This document shows, piece after piece, positions 1 to 8,794 of a DNA stretch of 64,000 nucleotides. Position numbers and translations under genes: made by a program. This stretch comes from Gemmatimonadota bacterium (lineage in GTDB: Bacteria; Gemmatimonadota; Gemmatimonadetes; Gemmatimonadales; GWC2-71-9), in NCBI GenBank assembly GCA_039591655.1, contig JBDHDE010000004.1, positions 1,056-65,055 on the forward strand, read 5' to 3'. The notes under the pieces were generated by a model, which worked only from the letters and a program-made list of their open reading frames with translations, searched no databases and was not told the DNA's origin. Within the stretch, counting starts at the first letter, position 1, and every line of letters begins with the position of its first letter.

Positions 1-126
1 GTAGGGGCGCGGGTCGACGACGAGGCCATGCGGGGTCGCGCAGTGCGCGCGGCCCCGCGCTGCGTTTGACCCGGCTATGGCGGGCTCCTCAGCCTCGCCG
101 GTCGGCACGGCTCTCGGGGGCCCGGC

Positions 127-897
127 TCAGACCCTGTACTTGGCGTCGAACCGATCGATTACCCCCAGGAACTCCTCCGGCAGCCGCTCTCGCACCGCCG
201 CCTCGATGCTCCCCGGTACCTCCCGGTAGAAGGCCTGGGCGATCCCGCCGGCGATGCACGCCATGGTGTCGCTGTCGCCGCCGAGGGAGATGGCGTTGCG
301 GACGGCGTCCTCGAAGCTGTCGGACTCCAGGAACGCGATGATCGACTCCGGGACCGACCCCTGGCAGGACACGTCGAACCGGTACTCCGGCCGGATCTCG
401 TCCAATGTGCGGTTTAGGTCGTAGCCGAAACGCCGTCCGATCTCGCGCTTGATGGCGCTCTTGGGCTCGCCGTGGCGAGCCAAGAGGACCGCCAGCGCTG
501 TCGCCTGCGCGCCCTTGACGCCCTCCGGGTGGTTGTGGGTCACCTCGGCCGTCTTGCGCGCCTCGTCCAGCACGGTACCGGGTGTGGCGCAGGCTAACCC
601 TACGGGGCTCACCCGCATGGCCGCCCCGTTCCCCCAGCTGTCGTACGGCCGGCTCTCCTCGCTGAGCAACCACTCGGCGAATGATCCGCCGTATCCCGCG
701 CTGGGGTAGCGCCGCCCCCAACGTTTGAAACACGTGGCGTAGTCGCTGTCGGACAGGATGGCATCGGCCACCGCCACAGTCAGGACCGTGTCGTCGGTGA
801 ATGTCGAGCGGGTCTGGAAGAGGGGAAACTCCGTGGTCTTGATCGGCCGGCCCTCGTACACGGAGCCGATGACGTCGCCCGCGATGGCGCCCAGCAT
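127..897 (-). CDS. ADP-ribosylglycohydrolase (ARH/DraG) family protein
   Basis: 256-aa ORF. 'STFTDDTVLT' near the N-terminus and 'SLGGDSDTMACIAGG' near the C-terminus match the paired acidic metal-binding motifs of the ARH fold. GC3-biased codons. Confidence 0.85.
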   Translation of the reverse strand: MLGAIAGDVIGSVYEGRPIKTTEFPLFQTRSTFTDDTVLTVAVADAILSDSDYATCFKRWGRRYPSAGYGGSFAEWLLSEESRPYDSWGNGAAMRVSPVGLACATPGTVLDEARKTAEVTHNHPEGVKGAQATALAVLLARHGEPKSAIKREIGRRFGYDLNRTLDEIRPEYRFDVSCQGSVPESIIAFLESDSFEDAVRNAISLGGDSDTMACIAGGIAQAFYREVPGSIEAAVRERLPEEFLGVIDRFDAKYRV

Positions 898-929
898 GTC
901 CTAGGCCGTCGGTCGGGAGGTAGCCTTCG

Positions 930-1244
930 CTACTCGAGCGGGCCGGTCTTCTCCCGCCACTCGATCTCCCACGCGAGATCACCCACCTGGCCCCCGTAGG
1001 TGTCGGGTAACGCGGTCATTTCGCCGCCATCGGCCCAGCGCATGATGTCCTGCTGGCTCGTTACGATGTCCGAAAGGGGGGCGGACTCCGCCGGCGCGTC
1101 GTCGTCGGCTTGGGCGGCGTCGAGCAGGCGCTGCGCGTCGTCCTTGGTGCTTACGATGAGTTGCACGCGTTCTAGATTGGCACCGCTCCGCTCCGCGAGG
1201 ATGCGGAGTGCCTTGAGGGCGCTGGTGAGAAGCTCTTGGCTCAT
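930..1244 (-). CDS. Hypothetical small acidic protein (104 aa) directly upstream of the ARH gene
   Basis: Internal ATG at 1244 (MSQELLTSALKAL...) inside the 930-1364 ORF. Strong GC3 bias, 32-nt gap to the ARH start on the same strand. No family recognised. Confidence 0.55.
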   Translation of the reverse strand: MSQELLTSALKALRILAERSGANLERVQLIVSTKDDAQRLLDAAQADDDAPAESAPLSDIVTSQQDIMRWADGGEMTALPDTYGGQVGDLAWEIEWREKTGPLE

Positions 1245-1366
1245 GACCACCTCGAGCGGCGTACGGTGACGGGGTTGCACACAAGCTAGCCGTTTCTTCC
1301 CCCAGCGCCACAGGGGTGGTTGCCCGGCAGAGCGAGAGGAGGATAGCTTGAGGTCAGGAGGCATTC

Positions 1367-1822
1367 ATGTACGGCGTACGTGAAGGGTTGGGTGGCGGCA
1401 CCGGTTCGTGGACGCGCGGGTCCGTGCCGCTGGTGGTCTGCGCCACGCTGGCGCTTCTCCATCCTCCAGCCATCCTGGCTCAGGGAGCCCGTCCGGACGG
1501 CATAACCGACTCTTCCATTGCGCGGGGCGCCGCGGTGTTCCACGGGCCAGCCAACTGTGCGTCGTGCCACGGCGACGGGGGCCAAGGCACCGAGCTCGGC
1601 CCGGCTCTCGCCGACGATGACTGGATCCGGGGGAATGGGACCTACGAGGGGATCATTGCGCAGGTGGTACACGGCGTGGCGCGCAAGGACTCCAGGACCG
1701 ACACGCCCATGCCGATACGGGGTTGGACAGGGTTGAGCGACCAGGATGTCAGGGCGGTGGCGGCGTACGTGTGGTCGCTGAGCCACGGGCCTCGGCGCGA
1801 CGAGCCATCGAACCGGCGCTGA
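1367..1822 (+). CDS. c-type cytochrome (class I, mono-haem)
   Basis: Haem-binding CxxCH motif 'CASCH' and a distal Met region 'TPMPIRGW'. N-terminal hydrophobic signal-like segment. AGGAGG 8 nt upstream of the ATG. Confidence 0.8.
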   Translation: MYGVREGLGGGTGSWTRGSVPLVVCATLALLHPPAILAQGARPDGITDSSIARGAAVFHGPANCASCHGDGGQGTELGPALADDDWIRGNGTYEGIIAQVVHGVARKDSRTDTPMPIRGWTGLSDQDVRAVAAYVWSLSHGPRRDEPSNRR

Positions 1823-1915
1823 AGGCCCTTGCGCCGTCCGGCGCTTGTTGCCGCAGCCCCCGACCAGCCAACTGCACGACACGATCAGTCAACCACACGA
1901 TCAGAGGAGGATTGG

Positions 1916-2362
1916 ATGCGGATGACGCAACGGCTCCTGTTGCTGGCTATCCCGGTGGCAGGTCTCGCCCTGAGTGCGTTCGCCATGCGGCCCCAGCCCG
2001 ATGAGACCGAGGCCATCCGGCAGTCGCTGCAGTACTACCTCGACGGCCACGCCACGGGCGATCCCGAAGTCATGGCGCAGGCCTTCCATCCGAGCGCCCG
2101 GCTCCAGTTTATTCGCGACGGAGCGGTCGCGATCAGACCGCTGGAGAGCTACCTGGGTGGGATGCGGGGCGAGCCGGCGGCCGACGAGAGCGAGCGGGAA
2201 CGCCGGGTCGTGATGATCGACTACGAGGGCACCGCGGCCGTGGCCGAGATCGAGCTCGACTACCCCGGCGCAGTGATCACCGACTACATGCAGCTCCTCA
2301 AGGTCGACGGCGAGTGGAAGATCGTGAACAAGATCTTCCACGTGGAGCGCCGGGGTGGGTGA
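1916..2362 (+). CDS. NTF2-like (SnoaL / lumazine-binding-like) secreted protein
   Basis: ATG at 1916 preceded by AGAGGAGGA. Signal peptide 'RLLLLAIPVAGLALSAFA'. 'YYLDGHATGD...LLKVDGEWKIVNKIF' is typical of NTF2-fold small proteins. Confidence 0.7.
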   Translation: MRMTQRLLLLAIPVAGLALSAFAMRPQPDETEAIRQSLQYYLDGHATGDPEVMAQAFHPSARLQFIRDGAVAIRPLESYLGGMRGEPAADESERERRVVMIDYEGTAAVAEIELDYPGAVITDYMQLLKVDGEWKIVNKIFHVERRGG

Positions 2363-2462
2363 GGTCGCTCGGCGCCTGCGACTCCGCGGGGCGCTGACGA
2401 GGTCGGCGATGACCTGCCCGGCCACTGGCGAAGCCGCAGGACGTCTCATTCATTGGATACCC

Positions 2463-5400
2463 CTAATCTCCCGGCGTCAACGCCGTCCCGTCCTGCAGCG
2501 CTTCTCTGATGGCCGATTCAGGTCGCTGACGCACCTGCCAGCTTCGCCACAGTAGGTAGATGGCTGGAATCACTACTAGGGTGAGCACGGTGGCCGAGAG
2601 CATCCCTCCCACCATGGGCGACGCGATGCGCTTCATGACGTCGGCTCCGGTGCCAGTGCTCCACATGATCGGCGCGAGTCCCGCGATGATCGCCGTAACG
2701 GTCATGATGACCGGACGAAGCCGCTCGAGGGCCCCTTCGCGAACGGCGTCGGCGGCGTCGGCGGCGCTCTGCATACGGCCCTCGAGGCTGCGGCGGTGGA
2801 ATGCCTCATCGAGGTAGATGAGCATCACGACTCCGGTCTCCGCGGCGACACCTGCGAGAGCGATAAAGCCTACCCAGACTGCGACGCTCGTGTTGTAACC
2901 CAGCAGCCAGAGGAACCAGATCCCACCAACCAGGGAGAACGGCAGCGCGAGCATCACGATGAGTGATTCTGTTACGCCGCGGAAATTCAGATACAGGAGC
3001 AAGAAGATGATCGCAAGCGTTACAGGGACCACCACGCGCAACTTCTCCGCAACCCGCTCCATGAACTCGTACTGCCCGCTCCATATGAGCGAGTATCCTG
3101 ACGGCAACGTGAGCTGTTGCGCCACCACCTGCTGGGCCTCACGCACGTAGCTGCCGACGTCAACCCCTTCGATATCGACGAAGATTGTAGTGACCGGGAA
3201 TGCGTTCTCGGTTTTCACGGCCATTGGGCCTTGGAGTAACTCGACCGTCGCGACCTGCCCCAACGGGATGTGAGCTCCCGACCCGGTTGGCACGAGGACC
3301 TCACGCAGCTTGTCGACTTCGTCTCGCAGCTCGCGGGGATAGCGCACGTTGACGGCGTAGCGCTCTCGACCTTCCACGGTCATAGCGACGGTCGTTCCTC
3401 CGACAGTGGTCAGGATGGCGCGGTGGACATCTCCCACGTTCAGTCCGTATCGAGCCGCCTCCTCCCGGTCGATGTCGATGTCCACGTAGTAGCCCGAGAC
3501 CCCCCGTTCGGCGAACGCGCTCCGTGTGCCGGGCACTGCCTGCATGATGCGCTCGACCCGTTCACCGAGCGTCTGCAGAGTGTCCAGATTCGGCCCGAAG
3601 ATCTTGATGCCCACCGCGGTCCGCACACCGGTTGCCAGCATGTCGATCCTGCCCTTGATAGGCATGGTCCAAGCGTTGGTCACTCCGGGCAGGCTGACGA
3701 CACGGTCCATCTCCGCGATGAGCCGCGCATACGTCATGCCGGGGCGCCACTGGTCCGTCGGCTTGAGCGTGATGGTGGTCTCGAACATGTCGAGCGGGGC
3801 TGGATCGGTCGCCGTGTTTGCCCGTCCCGCCTTCCCAAGCACCATGTCGACCTCTGGCAAGGAGGCCAGCACGCTGTCCTGCCACCGCATGATCTCCCGC
3901 GTCTGGGCTATGGAGACACCCGGTACGGTGGTGGGCATGAACAGCACCGATCCCTCCAGCAGCTGCGGCATGAACTCGCTGCCCAGGCGGCGCCAAGGGA
4001 GCACCGTTGCCGCGAGGACCAACGCGGCCGCCGCTACGACAATCCACGGGCGCCGTGTCGCGAAGCCGATTACCGGACGGTAGACCCAGCGAAGCGCGCG
4101 GTTCAGCGGATTGCGCGCCTCCGGCCGGATCTTACCGGTGATGAGGTAGCCCATCAGCACCGGAACGAGCGTGATGGACAAGAGCGCCGATCCGGCCATG
4201 GCGAAGGTCTTGGTGAAGGCCAGGGGCTTGAACAGGCGTCCCTCTTGCTGCTCCAGAGAGAACACGGGCAGGAAGCTGAACGTGATGATCAGTAGGGAGA
4301 AGAAGAGCGGGGGCCCCACTTGCTTGGCGCTCTCCAGCACGATTTCCCAGCGGTCGGGACTCCCCTCTGCGCGCTCCAGGTGCTTGTGCATGTTCTCGAT
4401 CATCACGATGGCTGCATCTACCATGGCGCCGATGGCGATCGCGATACCGCCGAGGCTCATGATGTTGGCGTTCACGCCGATCGCTCGCATCGTGATGAAC
4501 GAGATCAGGATGCCCAAGGGCAGCGTGATGATTGCTACGAGGGCCGACCGGGCGTGGAGCAGAAAGAGGACCGCCACCGCGGCGACGATCAAAGATTCCT
4601 CGATCAGCTTGTCCCGCAAGGTCTCGATGGCACGGTGGATGAGGTCGCTGCGGTCGTATGCCGCGCGAATCCGCACGTCGGCAGGTAGGCCTTCCTGAAT
4701 CTCGGCTACACGTTCCTTCACTCGCTCGATCGTCTCGAGCGCGTCAGAGCCGAACCGCATCACGACGATGCCGGCCACGACTTCGCCACGGCCATCGAGA
4801 TCTGCGGCGCCGCGCCTGGGCGCGGGGCCGAGCTGCACGGTGGCAACGTCTGCGACGCGGATGGGCGTGCCGCCGGGGGTTGCGCCGACAGTCACGTTCT
4901 CGATATCAGGGATGTTCTTCAGGTAGCCGAGGCCGCGGATCATGTACTCGCGGCCTCCCATCTCGAGCACGCGGGCACCGATGTCGACGTTGTGCGCCGC
5001 GATCGCCTGCGCCACGCGGGTCACGGGAATGCCGAAGGCCCGCAGCCGTTCTGGGTTCACCTCCACCTGGTATTGCTTGACGAACCCGCCCAGGCTCGCG
5101 ACCTCCGAGACGCCCGGGACCGCGGTGAGCTGGTAACGGATGTACCAGTCCTGTAGGGTACGGAGCTCTGACAGGTCGAGGCTGTCTGACTCGAGTACGT
5201 ACTCGAACACCCACCCGACACCGGTTGCGTCGGGGCCCAGGGTCGGCTCCGCGCCGGGCGGGAGTTGTTGGCGGATGCCGTTCAGGTATTCGAGAACTCG
5301 CGACCGCGCCCAGTAGATGTCGGTCCCGTCCTCGAAGATCACGTACACGAGGCTGAGGCCGAAGAACGAGAACGCCCGCACCACTCGCGCGCCCGGTACC

Positions 5401-5624
5401 TTGAGCATCTCTGAGGAGATCGGATAGGTGACCTGGTCCTCCACGATGTCGGGCGACTGCTCGCTGAAGTCCGTCTGGACAATGACCTGTACGTCGGATA
5501 GGTCGGGGATTGCGTCCAGCGGCGTGGTGCGCATCGCCCACACGCCGCCGCCGATGAGCGCGGCGGACGCCAGCAGCACTAGAAACCGATTCCGGAGAGA
5601 CCAGGCGATGACGGCATTAATCAT
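2463..5624 (-). CDS. cusA: CusA/CzcA-family heavy-metal efflux RND transporter (monovalent Cu/Ag type)
   Basis: About 1053 aa from MINAVIAWSLRNRF. 12-TM RND architecture. TM4 motif 'AIGAMVDAAIVMIEN' resembles E. coli CusA (A-D-E pattern) rather than the CzcA DFG-DGA-VEN pattern. Its start overlaps the adaptor-gene stop (ATGATTAA). Confidence 0.92.
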   Translation of the reverse strand: MINAVIAWSLRNRFLVLLASAALIGGGVWAMRTTPLDAIPDLSDVQVIVQTDFSEQSPDIVEDQVTYPISSEMLKVPGARVVRAFSFFGLSLVYVIFEDGTDIYWARSRVLEYLNGIRQQLPPGAEPTLGPDATGVGWVFEYVLESDSLDLSELRTLQDWYIRYQLTAVPGVSEVASLGGFVKQYQVEVNPERLRAFGIPVTRVAQAIAAHNVDIGARVLEMGGREYMIRGLGYLKNIPDIENVTVGATPGGTPIRVADVATVQLGPAPRRGAADLDGRGEVVAGIVVMRFGSDALETIERVKERVAEIQEGLPADVRIRAAYDRSDLIHRAIETLRDKLIEESLIVAAVAVLFLLHARSALVAIITLPLGILISFITMRAIGVNANIMSLGGIAIAIGAMVDAAIVMIENMHKHLERAEGSPDRWEIVLESAKQVGPPLFFSLLIITFSFLPVFSLEQQEGRLFKPLAFTKTFAMAGSALLSITLVPVLMGYLITGKIRPEARNPLNRALRWVYRPVIGFATRRPWIVVAAAALVLAATVLPWRRLGSEFMPQLLEGSVLFMPTTVPGVSIAQTREIMRWQDSVLASLPEVDMVLGKAGRANTATDPAPLDMFETTITLKPTDQWRPGMTYARLIAEMDRVVSLPGVTNAWTMPIKGRIDMLATGVRTAVGIKIFGPNLDTLQTLGERVERIMQAVPGTRSAFAERGVSGYYVDIDIDREEAARYGLNVGDVHRAILTTVGGTTVAMTVEGRERYAVNVRYPRELRDEVDKLREVLVPTGSGAHIPLGQVATVELLQGPMAVKTENAFPVTTIFVDIEGVDVGSYVREAQQVVAQQLTLPSGYSLIWSGQYEFMERVAEKLRVVVPVTLAIIFLLLYLNFRGVTESLIVMLALPFSLVGGIWFLWLLGYNTSVAVWVGFIALAGVAAETGVVMLIYLDEAFHRRSLEGRMQSAADAADAVREGALERLRPVIMTVTAIIAGLAPIMWSTGTGADVMKRIASPMVGGMLSATVLTLVVIPAIYLLWRSWQVRQRPESAIREALQDGTALTPGD

Positions 5625-6855
5625 GCTGGTGCTCCGATGTGGAAGTATCGGACTCCATCGAGTTCCCTTCTGCTCCGTGCTGCATGCCGGGCATGGCAGC
5701 TCCCGTGCTGGCCAGTCGCGACTCCGCGTCCACCAGGAAGTTCGCCGAGCCAACGATCTCCGCGCCCTCCTCGAGGCCGGACAGGATCTGCACCCGATCA
5801 CCTGCCCGTGCTCCAAGCACGACGTCGTGCGGGTGTAGCGACCCGTCCTCGTGCCGGTGGAAGACCAGGGTTCGTTCTCCAGTTTGGATCACCGCCTGCA
5901 CCGGAACGCTCAGCACGTCGTCGCCGATCTTGACATCGAAATACATGGTGGCGAACATCCCCGGCTTGAGCCTCGAATCGCGGTTGTCCACGGTCAGCCG
6001 CACCCGATTCGTTCGGGAGCGTGCGTCCACGGTGGGGTAGACGAAGCTGACCTGGCCCATGAGGTGCTCTCCCGGATAGGCAGATACCTCGATGTGGACC
6101 TGCGAGCCCACTCGCACGAACTGCAGATCCTGTTCGAAGACATCGCCCTCCACCCAGACCTCTGTGAGGTCGGCCAGCCGGTAGAGCTGCATACCCTCCA
6201 TGACTCGCTGACCCTCGACCACGCGCTTCTCCAATACGATGCCGGTGAAGGGTGCCACTAGCGTGAGCGTCTTGGTCACCTCACCCGTCTCCTCGATCTG
6301 CCGGATCTGCTGGTCCGTGATGTCCCAGTACTCGAGCCGCCGCCGTGCTGCAGCCAGCATGGCCTGGGCGTTGCGCCAGGCCTCACCGGAACTGGCATCC
6401 ACGCGATCAGCCATGCGCTTGGCGGTCAGTAACTCCTCCTGCGCGGCGACCAGCAGGGGGCTGTACAGGGTGAGCAGCGGCTGTCCCCGTCGTACGGATT
6501 CGCCGGTGTAGTCGACGTAGAGGTCCTCCACGAAGCCGTCGATCTTCGGGGTGATGTCGGCGATTCTCGGCTCAGCCGGCTCGATACGTCCCACGGTGCG
6601 GATGCTTCGCGAGAGCGTTTCGCGTCGCACCGTCACCCATACAACCCCCAATGCCTGCGCCTGGTCGGCGGAGAGGTGCACAACCTGGCGCACCGCCGCG
6701 CCCGTGCTGTCGACCTCTCCCTGGGTTCCGCCCGCCTGCATGCGGGCATGCTCCTCCGCCGTCATCCCGGGCATGGGGGATTCCTCCGCGTCGTCCGCGC
6801 CACACGCGGCGAGCAGTATGGATCCGGCGGTGATCAGCGTGTAAAGCCGTTTCAT
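5617..6855 (-). CDS. cusB: Efflux RND periplasmic adaptor subunit (CusB/CzcB-like)
   Basis: 412 aa. Lipobox-like 'ILLAAC'. Met/His-rich N- and C-terminal tails ('MPGMTAEEHARM', 'AAMPGMQHG...EHQHD'). Barrel-sandwich/HlyD-like core. ATGA overlap with the upstream OMF gene. Confidence 0.9.
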   Translation of the reverse strand: MKRLYTLITAGSILLAACGADDAEESPMPGMTAEEHARMQAGGTQGEVDSTGAAVRQVVHLSADQAQALGVVWVTVRRETLSRSIRTVGRIEPAEPRIADITPKIDGFVEDLYVDYTGESVRRGQPLLTLYSPLLVAAQEELLTAKRMADRVDASSGEAWRNAQAMLAAARRRLEYWDITDQQIRQIEETGEVTKTLTLVAPFTGIVLEKRVVEGQRVMEGMQLYRLADLTEVWVEGDVFEQDLQFVRVGSQVHIEVSAYPGEHLMGQVSFVYPTVDARSRTNRVRLTVDNRDSRLKPGMFATMYFDVKIGDDVLSVPVQAVIQTGERTLVFHRHEDGSLHPHDVVLGARAGDRVQILSGLEEGAEIVGSANFLVDAESRLASTGAAMPGMQHGAEGNSMESDTSTSEHQHD

Positions 6856-8162
6856 CGGCCACCTCCTAAACCGGTGCCCACGAGCGCCTCCAACTCGGCG
6901 AGTGCCCGGTGGTAGTCCGCGGCAAGCCGCACCGATTCGATTTCGTATCGGTTCACGGTCATTTCGTTCGACACAAGCGTCATGTAATCCACGCGTCCGA
7001 CACGGTACGCGGAGAGCGCCGACTCCACGGACGCACGGGCCTGAGGGAGCACAGCGTTGGTGTACAGTCTCGACAGGTTCTGGGCGCGCTCCGCTTCCGC
7101 CCGCAACTCGGTGAGCCGAGCGAACGTCTCGTTGTAGAGATCCTGCTCTCTGGCCTGCTCCATGGACCGCATCGCCTGCATCTCGCTCCGTAGCGGAAGT
7201 TGTCGGGAGCCGGCAAAGAGGGGGATGCTGACCCCCACCATCACAGTCACGAAGTCGACAAACTGAGGGCGTTGGCCGTAGCCCAGCGTGATCGCGATAT
7301 CCGGATACAGCTGCCGTCGGGCGGCCCGGTAGCCTGCTTCGGCAGCCAGCACGCGCTCACGGGCGGCGGCCAGTGCGGGCCGGAGCTGCGCCGCTAGATC
7401 CATTAGGGAGTCCACTGGAGGGAGATCTCCAACCGGCTCCGGGAGTTCCAAGCGTGGCACCAGCACGGTGGCGTCCCGTCCCAGGAGCGCGTTCAGTCGC
7501 GCGGCCATCGCAACGCGATTCTGCTCCACGACCGTGATGTCCTCGGTCATCTGCGCGATGGCGATCTGTGCCTGAAGTACGTCCTGTTGGAGTCCCGTTC
7601 CGACCGCGTACAGGGTGCTGGACACCTCGAAGAAGTTCCGCAGCAGCTTCCGCGTCTCCCGCATGATGTCCAGTGACCGGTCCGTGTACGCTAGCCGGTA
7701 ATAGACCGACTTCACTCGCGCGACGAGCTGCTGCTCGACCTCGGCGGCCTCCAGGCCTTCAGCCAGGGCGAGGTGCTCGGCCCGCTTCTCCGCGAATCCG
7801 AGCTTCCCGGGCCAGGGGAACCGCTGCGTCAGCTGAACCGCGTTCATTGTCATCGGCTGGCTGGTGCCGAAGTCGTCCACCGGCCGGTTCATGAGGCCAA
7901 AGGAGAGCATCGGATCTGACCAGGCACCGGCCTGGGGGATGCGCTCGGCGGCGGCATCGGCCCGAAGACGTGCCGCCTGGAGCCCGGGGTTGGCCGCCCG
8001 CGCCAGGGCGGTCGCCTCGGCGAGTCGCAGAGTGTCGGGCGGCGCCTGCGCGTGCGCCGCACCCCCGGTGACAACGCTCAGCAGGGTCGTGAGACCGATG
8101 ACCAGGGTCTGGGTGACGCGGTCCGGTCGCCAGACCGGCCCGAGCCGAGTATTGAGTTGCAT
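6852..8162 (-). CDS. cusC: TolC-family outer membrane factor (CusC/CzcC-like)
   Basis: Start at MQLNTRLG (ATG 8162, GGAGAGG 7 nt upstream) gives a signal peptide ending 'AAHAQA'. Long helical-repeat OMF sequence. First of three overlapping pump genes. Confidence 0.85.
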   Translation of the reverse strand: MQLNTRLGPVWRPDRVTQTLVIGLTTLLSVVTGGAAHAQAPPDTLRLAEATALARAANPGLQAARLRADAAAERIPQAGAWSDPMLSFGLMNRPVDDFGTSQPMTMNAVQLTQRFPWPGKLGFAEKRAEHLALAEGLEAAEVEQQLVARVKSVYYRLAYTDRSLDIMRETRKLLRNFFEVSSTLYAVGTGLQQDVLQAQIAIAQMTEDITVVEQNRVAMAARLNALLGRDATVLVPRLELPEPVGDLPPVDSLMDLAAQLRPALAAARERVLAAEAGYRAARRQLYPDIAITLGYGQRPQFVDFVTVMVGVSIPLFAGSRQLPLRSEMQAMRSMEQAREQDLYNETFARLTELRAEAERAQNLSRLYTNAVLPQARASVESALSAYRVGRVDYMTLVSNEMTVNRYEIESVRLAADYHRALAELEALVGTGLGGGR

Positions 8163-8202
8163 GTCAGAGCCTCTCCGTGTCGAACGGGGAGAACGCGAAA
8201 CC

Positions 8203-8235
8203 GTGCCCGCCGCGCCGTTTGCGGCGTGCGGGCAC
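8203..8235 (-). terminator. Strong GC hairpin between the leader ORF and cusC (putative attenuator / partial terminator)
   Basis: Hand-folded 14-bp stem (GTGCCCGC.CGCGCCG / CGGCGTGCGGGCAC, one bulge, one G-U) with a TTTG loop. On the minus strand it is followed by GGTTTCGCGTT. Lies 18 nt after the small-ORF stop and 41 nt before the cusC start. Confidence 0.4.
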
Positions 8236-8252
8236 ACTACGCCTGGGAGAGG

Positions 8253-8606
8253 CTAGGCTCTGGGGGGTGGGGTCGTGGGAGCGAGTAGCGCGCTATGGAG
8301 CGCTGGCGCACCGACAGCGGTGACTTCGGCGTGCTCCTGCAGGGTCGGGATGTCCGGCTCGCCTGTGAGGGCCAAGCCGAGGCTCGCGAGCCCGCAACCC
8401 ATCTGCTCGTGGCACGAGTCCATGGGCGCTTGAGCGGTCGCGGCCATGCCGTGAGACGGGGCATGATGGTGCTCCGCCTCGGCCGCCGGTTCGTGCCCGG
8501 CGACGCCGCAAACCGTGGGATTCCCGTAGGGCCTCACCACGGCAGCCAGCATGACGGCGGCTGCGAGCAGCCGCACAACCCTGTGAGTCCTCATTGCGAG
8601 AAGCAT
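8253..8606 (-). CDS. Small secreted His/Met/Cys-rich protein, putative metal-binding leader of the cus operon
   Basis: 117 aa (or 113 aa from MRTH at 8594). Hydrophobic N-terminus 'VVRLLAAAVMLAAVV'. Cluster 'HEPAAEAEHHHAPSHGM...MDSCHEQMGCG'. No resemblance to CusF that I can see. Confidence 0.55.
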   Translation of the reverse strand: MLLAMRTHRVVRLLAAAVMLAAVVRPYGNPTVCGVAGHEPAAEAEHHHAPSHGMAATAQAPMDSCHEQMGCGLASLGLALTGEPDIPTLQEHAEVTAVGAPALHSALLAPTTPPPRA

Positions 8607-8620
8607 AATCGACTTTGACG

Positions 8621-8649
8621 ATTATACAGGGCCCAAGCCCAGAATGGAA
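8621..8649 (-). promoter_or_regulatory. Sigma70-like promoter for the cus leader ORF/operon
   Basis: Minus strand reads TTCCAT-17 nt-TATAAT (plus-strand ATGGAA 8644-8649, ATTATA 8621-8626). The -10 box ends about 14 nt before the ATG at 8606, implying a very short 5' UTR. Confidence 0.3.
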
Positions 8650-8794
8650 GCTTCTTCAGTATGCGGCCACATGGAAGTACAACTCCCACAAATGCTTAGC
8701 ATGCCAAGGCCGGTCCCTCCGCCCCCGGAGCCGACACTCACTTGTCGGTACCCGGACCGGGGCGTAAGATCTCTCACCATCCGGAGGTACCACC

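Noticed and set aside
29-57. GC hairpin (GCGGGG..CGCGCA-G-TGCGCG..CCCCGC) at the left edge, possibly a terminator
   Set aside because: It has no U-tract on either strand, and the gene context to the left is missing. It is about 70 nt beyond the ARH stop, so a role cannot be supported from this window.
2463-5816. Upstream extensions of track ORFs: cusA to 5816, cusC to 8237, MFP to 36572, DUF4097 to 45975, HAD to 47762, queE to 61135, queC to 61824
   Set aside because: The extensions are Arg/Pro/Ser-rich, overlap upstream genes or hairpins, and lack signal peptides. Internal starts give canonical N-termini (signal peptides, P-loops) and often an RBS or ATGA coupling.
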